Origin: an uncultured virus (IMG/VR IMGVR_UViG_3300030095_002703)
Taxonomy: Duplodnaviria > Heunggongvirae > Uroviricota > Caudoviricetes
Reading direction: 5' to 3' (one strand)
DNA length: 20,000 bases
IMG/VR virus record: IMGVR_UViG_3300030095_002703
The notes under the pieces are model-generated. The model was not told where the DNA came from. It made no database searches and saw only the letters and a list, made by a program, of their open reading frames with translations. A program made the position numbers and the translations under genes. Positions 1 to 7,881 of this stretch are shown piece after piece; the first letter of the stretch is position 1; every line of letters begins with the position of its first letter.

Positions 1-1
1 A

Positions 2-577
2 ATACCGAACAGAGATGTAAAACCCTTTGAATGGGTAGAAAGATATTTACCTAAACGCACAGACTTGAAGGATGAACGTGGTATACAGATAACTAGACCT
101 AGCCCTTTACATGATTGGATTTGGGTGGGCGATGAACATATCATACCGCTACCAAGAGTGGATAAAGAAGCCAAAAAAGCACACAAAGAAGTTATTAATA
201 ACTTTTGTGAGTGGATGTGGAATATGTTGCCTTTGTTAGAGGATAACACCCCGACTAACTGGCAAGAGCGTAGGGATAAGTGTGTGATTTTGGGTATAAG
301 TGCGCCACACCATTCATATTGGCAAGACTTAAAGACTCAAAAAGCTGCTCAAACAAACTTTTTGAAGTTATTGCACACCCCCGATGACCCCCTGTATGTT
401 GATCTAGCCATTGAGTGTATAGCGCAACTTCAAGATAACGGCCAACGAACTTATGATCGCGAAATACATGCTTGGGTAGAGCATAAATTAAGCGATGATG
501 CGAAGGCTTTTAGGAGAAAGGTAAATACGTGGGTCAACAAGCATGGTGGGTTTACTACTATAACAACAGATTACTAG
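2..577 (+). CDS. Phage hypothetical protein, 5'-partial
   Basis: The frame of the 65..577 ORF stays open back to position 2 (ata ccg aac aga ...), so the TTG at 65 is probably not the true start. It ends at TAG 577, next to the RBS of the following gene. No family recognised. Confidence 0.75.
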   Translation: MPNRDVKPFEWVERYLPKRTDLKDERGIQITRPSPLHDWIWVGDEHIIPLPRVDKEAKKAHKEVINNFCEWMWNMLPLLEDNTPTNWQERRDKCVILGISAPHHSYWQDLKTQKAAQTNFLKLLHTPDDPLYVDLAIECIAQLQDNGQRTYDREIHAWVEHKLSDDAKAFRRKVNTWVNKHGGFTTITTDY

Positions 578-587
578 GAGAGTAGTG

Positions 588-1550
588 ATGAATCAGAGAA
601 AACAAGTAAGGGTGAGTGAGATAGGTGATATGGTTGATGGTAGGGGTATACGTGAGTTTACTGAGGATGAACTAAGCCAAGACGGTAACAACCAATACGT
701 TATTATGTTTATGAAAGAGGTACGTAAAGCATTTCCTTATATCAAGTTTGCAGGGAAGGTTTTTAATCCACGAGATGGTGTGACCTACGCAAAGAATAAC
801 CTACGTCCCGATAGGATATATGTGTATACAGACACAGATGAATGGTGTTGGGGTTGGATAGCCTATGGAGATTACAAAGTAGATGGTGATGGCAAAAATA
901 TGTATTGCGTTTATTCACGCAAAATACGAAACAACAAGTATGATTATCTCAGAGAACAACATTATATAGCTATGACAAGTAAGCTAGACATAGCGGTGCG
1001 TAATGCCAAGCGATATTTGTCACCATTTAATGCCAAAGAGATAATAGACTTCAGTAAGGAGGGAGTGACGGAGGGTGTTAAAAGCCATGAGGATACTCTC
1101 AGACGTGCTTTACACGAAGCAACGAAACCGTTTACGGAAAGTGTTGGGCACTATAAAAACCTACCTCAATTATTTACTGAGTTGTTTCATTTAGCTGATT
1201 CTGAATATCAGTTTTTATCGGAAGAGTTTTCTAACCAACTAAGCACTATGCGTAACGTCTACGAACCGTACATGGAGCACCATAAAAACCCTGTAACTTT
1301 TTACTGTGTATGTATCCATGAGCGCAGGGGGAAGCAATTATTTGATGTAACACCTACCAGAGATCTTAATGCTAGTCCGTGGGATTCAAATGCCAATAAC
1401 CTAGATGGAGATCTTACTACTTATACAGATGATACTTTGCCAATAGATATTAAGGGTAAATTATCTGTGCTTTCTATAACCGATCTAGGTGAGTATGTAC
1501 ACAATGTTGGTTATCGTTACAGCAAAGGTATATTTTATGTTACACAGTGA
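588..1550 (+). CDS. Phage hypothetical protein (~320 aa)
   Basis: Long ORF with GGAG at 577-580 ahead of GTG585/ATG588, tightly packed with neighbours. No recognisable motif. Confidence 0.8.
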   Translation: MNQRKQVRVSEIGDMVDGRGIREFTEDELSQDGNNQYVIMFMKEVRKAFPYIKFAGKVFNPRDGVTYAKNNLRPDRIYVYTDTDEWCWGWIAYGDYKVDGDGKNMYCVYSRKIRNNKYDYLREQHYIAMTSKLDIAVRNAKRYLSPFNAKEIIDFSKEGVTEGVKSHEDTLRRALHEATKPFTESVGHYKNLPQLFTELFHLADSEYQFLSEEFSNQLSTMRNVYEPYMEHHKNPVTFYCVCIHERRGKQLFDVTPTRDLNASPWDSNANNLDGDLTTYTDDTLPIDIKGKLSVLSITDLGEYVHNVGYRYSKGIFYVTQ

Positions 1551-1815
1551 CAGCTTTACATATAAATATGGTTCTAATGTTACTGTACATCGCGTGTGTA
1601 TACATAGTGACAACAATACCGTTGAAATATCATGTTTAGGTATGGATTGTGTTGACTCACCAGACAATGGTGTGTACGATTCTATAGACAAATTACCTGA
1701 TTGGATACAAGATAGGTTAGCGGTGTTGTTTTTATGCGACCCAAATCCTCCTACTAAAGAGGTAGGTGGTATAGGAAGGAGGATTGACGCTAATGTTTTT
1801 TGGATAAATAAATAA
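1537..1815 (+). CDS. Phage hypothetical protein (~92 aa)
   Basis: ORF 1489..1815. The likely start is ATG1537, preceded by AAAGGT and overlapping the end of the upstream gene. C-terminus LPDWIQDRLAVL...GIGRRIDANVFWI. Confidence 0.7.
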   Translation: MLHSDSFTYKYGSNVTVHRVCIHSDNNTVEISCLGMDCVDSPDNGVYDSIDKLPDWIQDRLAVLFLCDPNPPTKEVGGIGRRIDANVFWINK

Positions 1816-1828
1816 GAGAGGGTTAATT

Positions 1829-2005
1829 ATGTTAGAGGAAATAATAAATATAATATTTAGCATAGTATTTTTAGGTTTTTTGGGTTTTATCTGTCATGGC
1901 GTTGTGCTCGTAATAAATGACAAGCAAAAAATTTGGGAACAAAAACAAAGAGGTAACTATTATGGCAATGACTCCCGAAGCGAAAGTAAAGAGCAAAGTA
2001 GTTAA
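1829..2005 (+). CDS. Small single-pass membrane protein (58 aa), absent from the ORF track
   Basis: GAGAGGG RBS at 1816-1822, then ATG1829. Translates as MLEEIINIIFSIVFLGFLGFICHGVVLVINDKQKIWEQKQRGNYYGNDSRSESKEQSS*, with a ~25-residue hydrophobic stretch. Fills the apparent intergenic gap. Confidence 0.65.
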   Translation: MLEEIINIIFSIVFLGFLGFICHGVVLVINDKQKIWEQKQRGNYYGNDSRSESKEQSS

Positions 2006-2312
2006 GCACTTAAAAAACATGGGGGCATACTACTTTTTCCCTGCTACTGGTGGTTATGGTAAGAGCGGAGTGCCTGACATAGTTGGGTGTTACAATGGTT
2101 TGTTTTTTGGTATCGAATGTAAAGCAGGAAATAACAAAGCTACTGCATTACAACTAAAGAACTTATCAGAAATAACACAAGCAGGAGGCATTGCTTCCAT
2201 AATAAACGAGGACAACGCGCACACTGTGCCTGACATTCTTGTAAACAAGGAACTGGTCTCAAGTAGTGGTGGTTGGGAACAATTAGAATTTGACTTTGAG
2301 GATATGCAATGA
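1962..2312 (+). CDS. VRR-NUC domain nuclease (Holliday junction resolvase-like)
   Basis: Motifs TPEAKVK, GVPDIVGC, FFGIECKAG and T-x-LQ, typical of phage VRR-NUC PD-(D/E)XK proteins. GAGGT RBS before ATG1962. Confidence 0.88.
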   Translation: MAMTPEAKVKSKVVKHLKNMGAYYFFPATGGYGKSGVPDIVGCYNGLFFGIECKAGNNKATALQLKNLSEITQAGGIASIINEDNAHTVPDILVNKELVSSSGGWEQLEFDFEDMQ

Positions 2313-2617
2313 GCATAGATGAAGCAAACTCTGATAACTTGGATAAAGACTATATGAGAATGTCTAAAGATATAAAGACTACAATTATAGATCAAAGTCC
2401 TAAGGATATGGTAAACAGTCCTAGCCACTATACGGCAGGGAGTATTGAGTGTATTGACGCTATAGAAGCATCAATGACACCCGAAGCGTTTAAAGGGTAT
2501 TGCAAAGGGGCATGTATGAAATACTTGTGGAGGTATGAGCACAAGGGTAAGTCGTTAGAAGATTTGAAAAAGGCTAGGTGGTACTTAAATAAGCTGATGA
2601 CTAAAGTGGAGGGTTGA
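2309..2617 (+). CDS. DUF3310 protein (T7 gp1.7-like nucleotide kinase family)
   Basis: Signature DMVNSPSHY...IECIDAI...KYLWRYEHKG...EDLKKARWYL. ATGA overlap with the upstream gene. Confidence 0.88.
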   Translation: MSIDEANSDNLDKDYMRMSKDIKTTIIDQSPKDMVNSPSHYTAGSIECIDAIEASMTPEAFKGYCKGACMKYLWRYEHKGKSLEDLKKARWYLNKLMTKVEG

Positions 2618-4458
2618 TGGACCTAATAACAGTAGATTTTGAAACTTATTATGATAAAGAATACTCATTACGAAAAATGACAACAGAATCCTACGTACGC
2701 GACCCTAGATTTGAGGTGGTGGGTGTAGGAGTAAAAGTAAACAACGGAAATACGGAGTGGGCCAGTGGATCACATGAAGAACTTAAGCGGTACTTACACA
2801 CTTTTAATTGGGCGGATAGTGTCTTACTCGCTCACAACACTATGTTTGATGGTGCCATTCTTAATTGGCGTTTCGATGTTCATCCTCGCCGCTATACCGA
2901 TACTCTTTGCATTGCCCGTGCTTTACATGGGGTCGAAGTTGGGGGCAGTCTCCATGCGTTATCTCAAAGGTATGACATTGGACTTAAGGGAACAGAGGTA
3001 CTCGACGCTATCGGAAAAAGACGTGACTCCTTTTCAGAAGAAGCCTTAGACAAGTACGGCGATTATTGCGTTAATGATGTAGAGCTGACCTACAAACTGT
3101 TTAAGATCATGGGTAAGAACTTCCCTAGACAAGAACTTAGAGTTATTGATACTACGTTGCGTATGTTTATTGAACCTATGCTAGACCTAGACTTAGGGTT
3201 GTTAGAACAACATCTTGAAAGTATTAAGGCAGTTAAGGATGACCTGATAACTTCTTGTGGTGCAGATAAGTCAGAACTGATGAGCAATCCTAAGTTTGCT
3301 GAGTTGCTAGAAGGCTTGGATGTAGCACCTCCTATGAAGATAAGCCCTACTACAGGTAAGAGTACATTCGCCTTTGCTAAGTCAGATGATGGATTCAAAC
3401 AGTTACTTGATCATCCTAATTATAAGGTTCAAGCGTTAGCAAATGCACGGTTAGGTAATAAAAGTACGTTGGAAGAAACTCGTACACAAAGGTTTATAGA
3501 TATATGTAAGCGAGGACTACTACCTGTACCTGTAAGGTATTACGCCGCTCACACTGGTAGGTGGGGTGGGGATGATAAGATTAATTTACAGAACTTACCT
3601 AGTAGAGGGCCACATGGTAAGAAGTTAAAGAGAAGTATAATTGCTCCAGAAGGTTATACAATAATAGATTGCGATTCATCTCAGATCGAGGCTCGTGTGC
3701 TTGCATGGTTAGCAGGGCAAGACGATTTAGTAGCGGCGTTTGCAAACAAAGAAGATGTATATATAAAAATGGCATCTATTATCTATGGCGTACCTGAGGA
3801 CGAGGTAACAAAAGAACAAAGATTTGTTGGTAAGACCACCATACTTGGCGCAGGATATGGTATGGGCGCAGTGAGATTTACTGAGCAGTTAAAAGGTATG
3901 GGAGTTCACATGGACATTGCCGAGGCTCGTAGGGTAATAAAAATATACCGCGAGACTAATTGGAAGATAAACGTGTTATGGCGTAACTGTCAGAACATGC
4001 TACTGGAGTTGGTTCGTGCTCGGACACAGAATTTTGGAACTAATGATATAATAAAGCCTGTTGTCACGAATCAGTATGGTGGGATAAGATTACCCTCTGG
4101 ACTCATTATGAAGTATGGTGACTTACGGTGGCAACAAAATGAAAAGGGCGTAGAGTTTACTTATAAAACAAGACGAGGCCGAACTAGGATATACGGTGGC
4201 AAGGTAGTAGAGAATGTATGTCAAGCCATAGCCCGATGTGTGATTGCTGAACAGATGTTAGCTATTGCTAAGAAATACCGTCCTGTCTTAACAGTACACG
4301 ATTCGATAGCGTGTTGTGTGCCAATAGAAGAAGCAAAGGAAGCGCAAATATATATTGAAGCGTGTATGCGAAAAACCCCTACTTGGGCAGAAGGGCTACC
4401 TTTAGATTGCGAGTCTGGTGTAGCTAAAGCCTACGGAGATTGTGAACCTGATGGGTAA
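2617..4458 (+). CDS. polA: Family A DNA polymerase with 3'-5' exonuclease domain and no 5'-3' exonuclease
   Basis: ExoI VDFETY, ExoII HNTMFD, ExoIII YCVND; HTGRWGG and NLQNLP; motif A DSSQIEAR, motif B RFVGKTTILGAGYG, motif C VHDS. GGAGG RBS and TGATG coupling with the upstream gene. Confidence 0.96.
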   Translation: MDLITVDFETYYDKEYSLRKMTTESYVRDPRFEVVGVGVKVNNGNTEWASGSHEELKRYLHTFNWADSVLLAHNTMFDGAILNWRFDVHPRRYTDTLCIARALHGVEVGGSLHALSQRYDIGLKGTEVLDAIGKRRDSFSEEALDKYGDYCVNDVELTYKLFKIMGKNFPRQELRVIDTTLRMFIEPMLDLDLGLLEQHLESIKAVKDDLITSCGADKSELMSNPKFAELLEGLDVAPPMKISPTTGKSTFAFAKSDDGFKQLLDHPNYKVQALANARLGNKSTLEETRTQRFIDICKRGLLPVPVRYYAAHTGRWGGDDKINLQNLPSRGPHGKKLKRSIIAPEGYTIIDCDSSQIEARVLAWLAGQDDLVAAFANKEDVYIKMASIIYGVPEDEVTKEQRFVGKTTILGAGYGMGAVRFTEQLKGMGVHMDIAEARRVIKIYRETNWKINVLWRNCQNMLLELVRARTQNFGTNDIIKPVVTNQYGGIRLPSGLIMKYGDLRWQQNEKGVEFTYKTRRGRTRIYGGKVVENVCQAIARCVIAEQMLAIAKKYRPVLTVHDSIACCVPIEEAKEAQIYIEACMRKTPTWAEGLPLDCESGVAKAYGDCEPDG

Positions 4459-4720
4459 AGTTATTAACATAGATAGAACTCCTTATATACAAGATGATAT
4501 TGATGATTTTGATAAAGATGGTGTGTCTACTAAAATATTTATAGCTCAAAGTAGCGATTGTGATTATGCTTTAGTCTTTGAACAGTCTAGATTTTTAGAT
4601 GGCAAAGAGATTGATACACAAGAAATTGTAATACCTTATGAGAATTTGAGGCAAGTATTACCCAACATACTTAGCGCCACTAAAGAAGTATTAAGGCTTA
4701 CGGAGGAGAGTAAGGAGTGA
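4451..4720 (+). CDS. Acidic phage hypothetical protein (~89 aa)
   Basis: ORF 4442..4720 fills the space between polA and the nuclease with overlaps at both ends. Start is GTG4442 or ATG4451. Confidence 0.65.
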   Translation: MGKVINIDRTPYIQDDIDDFDKDGVSTKIFIAQSSDCDYALVFEQSRFLDGKEIDTQEIVIPYENLRQVLPNILSATKEVLRLTEESKE

Positions 4721-5388
4721 GTATAAAACCTTGGTCATTCTCTAAAATAAAATCTTTTGAGCAATGCCCTAAAAAGTTTTATCACCTTAAAATATTAAAA
4801 GATTACAAGGAGCCTGAGACTGAGGCTATGTATTACGGCACAGCTTTTCATTTAGCCGCCGAAGAATATATACGTGATGGTACACCACTCCCTGAGAAGT
4901 TTATGTATGGTAAGGCAGTACTTGATTCTCTTGCCGCCAAAAAAGGTGATAAGCTATGTGAGTTAAAGATGGGGCTTACAGAAAATTTAGAACCATGCGG
5001 ATTCTTTGATGATAATGTATGGTGGAGAGGCATAGCAGATTTAGTTATATTAAACGAAGAAGATAAGGTAGCATGGGCTATAGATTATAAAACAAGTAAG
5101 AGCACTAGGTATGCAGATAAAGGTCAGTTAGAATTAATGGCTATGGCATTGTTTAAACATTTTCCTAATATAGAGACAGTGCGTGGTGGCTTAGTATTTG
5201 TAGTGTGTGATGAGTTAGTTAAAGAAGAGTATGAACATACAGTTGCATCGAGCCTGTGGACTAAGTGGCTAACCGATTATAGTCGTATGGAGAAAGCGCA
5301 AGAAAAGAATGTATGGAATGCAAACCAAAGTGGCCTGTGTAAACGTCACTGTGTGGTGACTGAGTGTGTATATAACGGGAGGAACTAA
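4717..5388 (+). CDS. Cas4-like / RecB-family PD-(D/E)XK exonuclease
   Basis: WSFSKIKSFEQCPKKF, GTAFH, RGIADLV and IDYKT, plus C-terminal LCKRHCVVTEC. One N-terminal and three C-terminal Cys match the Fe-S staple pattern. AAGGAG RBS before GTG. Confidence 0.9.
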   Translation: MSIKPWSFSKIKSFEQCPKKFYHLKILKDYKEPETEAMYYGTAFHLAAEEYIRDGTPLPEKFMYGKAVLDSLAAKKGDKLCELKMGLTENLEPCGFFDDNVWWRGIADLVILNEEDKVAWAIDYKTSKSTRYADKGQLELMAMALFKHFPNIETVRGGLVFVVCDELVKEEYEHTVASSLWTKWLTDYSRMEKAQEKNVWNANQSGLCKRHCVVTECVYNGRN

Positions 5389-5657
5389 TGCCGTACAAAA
5401 ATAAAGCAGATCGCAAGAAACAAACCAATGCTCCTAAGGGTACTAAAGAGCATAAGGCTCGTATGGAAAGACAACGAGCTAGACGTAAGATGGATAAGAA
5501 AGGTAAAGATGTTAACAAGAACGGTAAGGCTGATAAGCGTGAAGGTAAAGATGTAAGCCATAATAAAGCTTTGAGTCGTGGGGGTAGTAATAAAGATGGT
5601 GTTAGAGTAGAAAGTAGATCAGCTAATCGAAGTCGTAATTACAAAAAGAAAAAATAA
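5388..5657 (+). CDS. Small basic HNH-like endonuclease
   Basis: DVSHNKALSRGGSN...VRVESRSANRSR resembles the D-H..GG-N..N HNH core. Very Lys/Arg-rich. GGAGG RBS with TAATG coupling. Confidence 0.7.
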   Translation: MPYKNKADRKKQTNAPKGTKEHKARMERQRARRKMDKKGKDVNKNGKADKREGKDVSHNKALSRGGSNKDGVRVESRSANRSRNYKKKK

Positions 5658-5668
5658 TTTTTTGTGTG

Positions 5669-5871
5669 GACGCTTACCTAGATGCGTCAATAAATAGTTT
5701 GGGACGATCTCTACCCCTAGATTGTTTTGGAGTTTATATATTCTCTCCTTTAACCCAACAAAATCAGGTAGCTTGAGGTGCTTATCCTATCATCCCGACC
5801 TAGCCCTATCGGGAAGCGAAGCAGGGCTATTAACTTTTCGTGTGACGTGGACACCCATTTCACACTTTTTT
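5669..5871 (+). promoter_or_regulatory. Candidate structured RNA leader: two pseudoknots and a terminator-like hairpin
   Basis: Complementary segments read directly: GACGC/GCGTC with its loop pairing to ATCAGGTA; TCCCGA/TCGGGA with TAGCCCT/AGGGCTA; GTGTGA..TCACAC followed by T6. See findings. Confidence 0.55.
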
Positions 5872-5886
5872 GCATCGGAGAAATAA

Positions 5887-7422
5887 ATGAAAATAGTAGA
5901 TAACAAGGCGTTATTGTTAAGATTACGTAGTCCAAAACAAGTTACCACAGTAATACCTAAAAGCAAAGAATTAGAAAATAATAAAGTATTAGTTAATTGG
6001 GGTATAGAAGAAGCGCACGTACTTAGGAACTTAAATATAAAAGCGCCCTCTCCCATAGAACGCACATACCAATGGACAGGACAACACGCGCCATTTGATC
6101 ACCAAAAAACAACGTCCTCATTTTTAACACTTAACCGAAAGTCTTTTTGTTTTAACGAACAGGGTACAGGCAAAACAGCTAGTGCTATATGGGCATCTGA
6201 TTTTTTATTAGACAAAGGTTTAATAAACAGAGTGTTAGTGATATGTCCATTATCAATTATGGATTCAGCATGGCGTAATGATTTATTTACATTTGCTATG
6301 CACCGTACGGTAGATGTAGCTTATGGATCTGCTAAAAAACGTGAGGAGATTATAAACAACGGTTCTGAGTATGTAATAATAAATTATGATGGATTAGCCA
6401 TAGTAGAGAAAACTATAATAAATGGAGGCTTTGACTTAATAATAGTAGACGAAGCTACGCATTACAAAAATCCACAAACTAACAGGTGGAAAACTCTTAA
6501 TAGGGTTATAAATTCTAACACTTGGTTGTGGATGATGACAGGTACTCCTGCGGCGCAGAGTCCTATAGACGCGTACGGTTTAGCTAAGTTAGTAAACCCT
6601 AACAAAGTACCTAGATTTTTAGGGTCATTTCGTGATCAAGTAATGCGTAAAGTAACTAACTTCAAATGGGTTCCCAAAGATACAGCTACCGAGACCGTAC
6701 ATAGAGTATTGCAACCTGCTATAAGGTTTACTAAAGAAGAATGTTTAGACCTACCTCCTATGGTATATGTCAAACGTCAAGTAGAAATGACTCGGCAACA
6801 AAATAAATACTACAAAGAACTAAAAAGTAAGATGGTAATGCAAGCGGCAGGAGAACAAATATCAGCGGCAAATGCGGCTGTTAACATGAATAAATTATTA
6901 CAAATATCAGCAGGTGCAGTGTACACCGACAAAGGAGATGCATTAGAGTTTGATATAAAACACCGCTATAAAGTATTAAAAGAAGTAATGGATGAGTCTA
7001 GTAAAAAAGTATTAATATTTGTACCTTTTAAACATGTAATCGACATACTGACAGATAAATTACGTAGCGAAGGCATAACAACAGAAATCATACGTGGGGA
7101 CGTATCAGCACCAAAACGTACTGACATATTTAAAAGGTTTCAAGAACAAGACAATCCTAAAGTGTTAGTTATACAGCCGCAAGCCGCCGCGCATGGGGTC
7201 ACTTTAACAGCCGCAAACACTGTGGTGTGGTGGGGGCCAACTAGTTCTCTTGAAACATATGCTCAAGCTAACGCTCGTGTACACAGGTCAGGACAAGATC
7301 ATAAATGTACCGTTGTGCAGCTACAAGGTTCTCATGCAGAGAAACGTGTTTACTCATTGTTAGATAACAGAATTGACGTACACACAAAAATGATTGACCT
7401 TTACAAAGAAATACTTGACTAA
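5887..7422 (+). CDS. SNF2-family (SF2) helicase/ATPase
   Basis: Q motif PFDHQ, Walker A EQGTGKT, Ia VICPLS, Walker B IVDEAT, III MTGTP, V AHGVTL, VI QANARVHRSGQ. GGAG RBS at 5877-5880. Confidence 0.95.
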   Translation: MKIVDNKALLLRLRSPKQVTTVIPKSKELENNKVLVNWGIEEAHVLRNLNIKAPSPIERTYQWTGQHAPFDHQKTTSSFLTLNRKSFCFNEQGTGKTASAIWASDFLLDKGLINRVLVICPLSIMDSAWRNDLFTFAMHRTVDVAYGSAKKREEIINNGSEYVIINYDGLAIVEKTIINGGFDLIIVDEATHYKNPQTNRWKTLNRVINSNTWLWMMTGTPAAQSPIDAYGLAKLVNPNKVPRFLGSFRDQVMRKVTNFKWVPKDTATETVHRVLQPAIRFTKEECLDLPPMVYVKRQVEMTRQQNKYYKELKSKMVMQAAGEQISAANAAVNMNKLLQISAGAVYTDKGDALEFDIKHRYKVLKEVMDESSKKVLIFVPFKHVIDILTDKLRSEGITTEIIRGDVSAPKRTDIFKRFQEQDNPKVLVIQPQAAAHGVTLTAANTVVWWGPTSSLETYAQANARVHRSGQDHKCTVVQLQGSHAEKRVYSLLDNRIDVHTKMIDLYKEILD

Positions 7423-7443
7423 AGCAATAAACGCTATTAAAGT
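7415..7443 (+). promoter_or_regulatory. Putative sigma70-type promoter
   Basis: TTGACT (7415-7420), 17-nt spacer, TAAAGT (7438-7443), upstream of the GGAGGT RBS and ATG7474. Confidence 0.6.
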
Positions 7444-7473
7444 TAAGATCTCGTCACTTAGTGGAGGTAATAA

Positions 7474-7881
7474 ATGAGCGAAGAGATTGTAGATGAACCT
7501 AACGCAGAGAAGCTTACCGAGGTCTATCTTAAAATAAAGGCAAAACGTGCGGAGTTATCCGCGTCATTTAAAGAAGAAGATGATGTACTAGTGAAGCAGT
7601 TGAACAAAGTAAAGAAGGCGTTACTTGCATACTGTGAAGATCAGGGACTAGAAAGTGTTAGGACTTCAGCAGGGTTATTTTATAGGTCTGTTAAGACTCG
7701 ATACTGGACTAGTGATTGGCAATCTATGTATGAATTTATTTTAGATAATGAAGTACCTGAGTTTTTTGATAAGAGGCTAAATCAAGCTAATGTGCGACAG
7801 TTCTTAGAAGATAACCCTGACCTTGTACCTAAAGGTCTTAATGTAGATTCAGAATACGCGATAGCGGTAAGGAAAAAGTAA
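7474..7881 (+). CDS. Phage replication-module protein with N-terminal coiled coil, function unknown
   Basis: Strong GGAGGT RBS. Helical N-terminus followed by SVRTSAGLFYRSVKTRYWTSDW...FFDKRLNQ. Confidence 0.8.
   Translation: MSEEIVDEPNAEKLTEVYLKIKAKRAELSASFKEEDDVLVKQLNKVKKALLAYCEDQGLESVRTSAGLFYRSVKTRYWTSDWQSMYEFILDNEVPEFFDKRLNQANVRQFLEDNPDLVPKGLNVDSEYAIAVRKK

Noticed and set aside
4717..5388. Cas4-like gene as evidence of a CRISPR-Cas system
   Set aside because: No repeat-spacer array or other cas genes are visible. Stand-alone Cas4-like nucleases are common in phage replication modules.
5816..5822. GCGAAGC, the known ultrastable DNA mini-hairpin resembling N4 virion RNA polymerase promoter hairpins
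   Set aside because: Noticed only once, the flanks do not extend the stem, and no virion RNA polymerase motifs were recognised. A 7-mer can occur by chance in 20 kb.
5793..5829. HDV-like/theta ribozyme, suggested by GCGAA before the 3' pairing strand
   Set aside because: There is no P3/L3 hairpin between the two stems, so the nested double pseudoknot cannot form.
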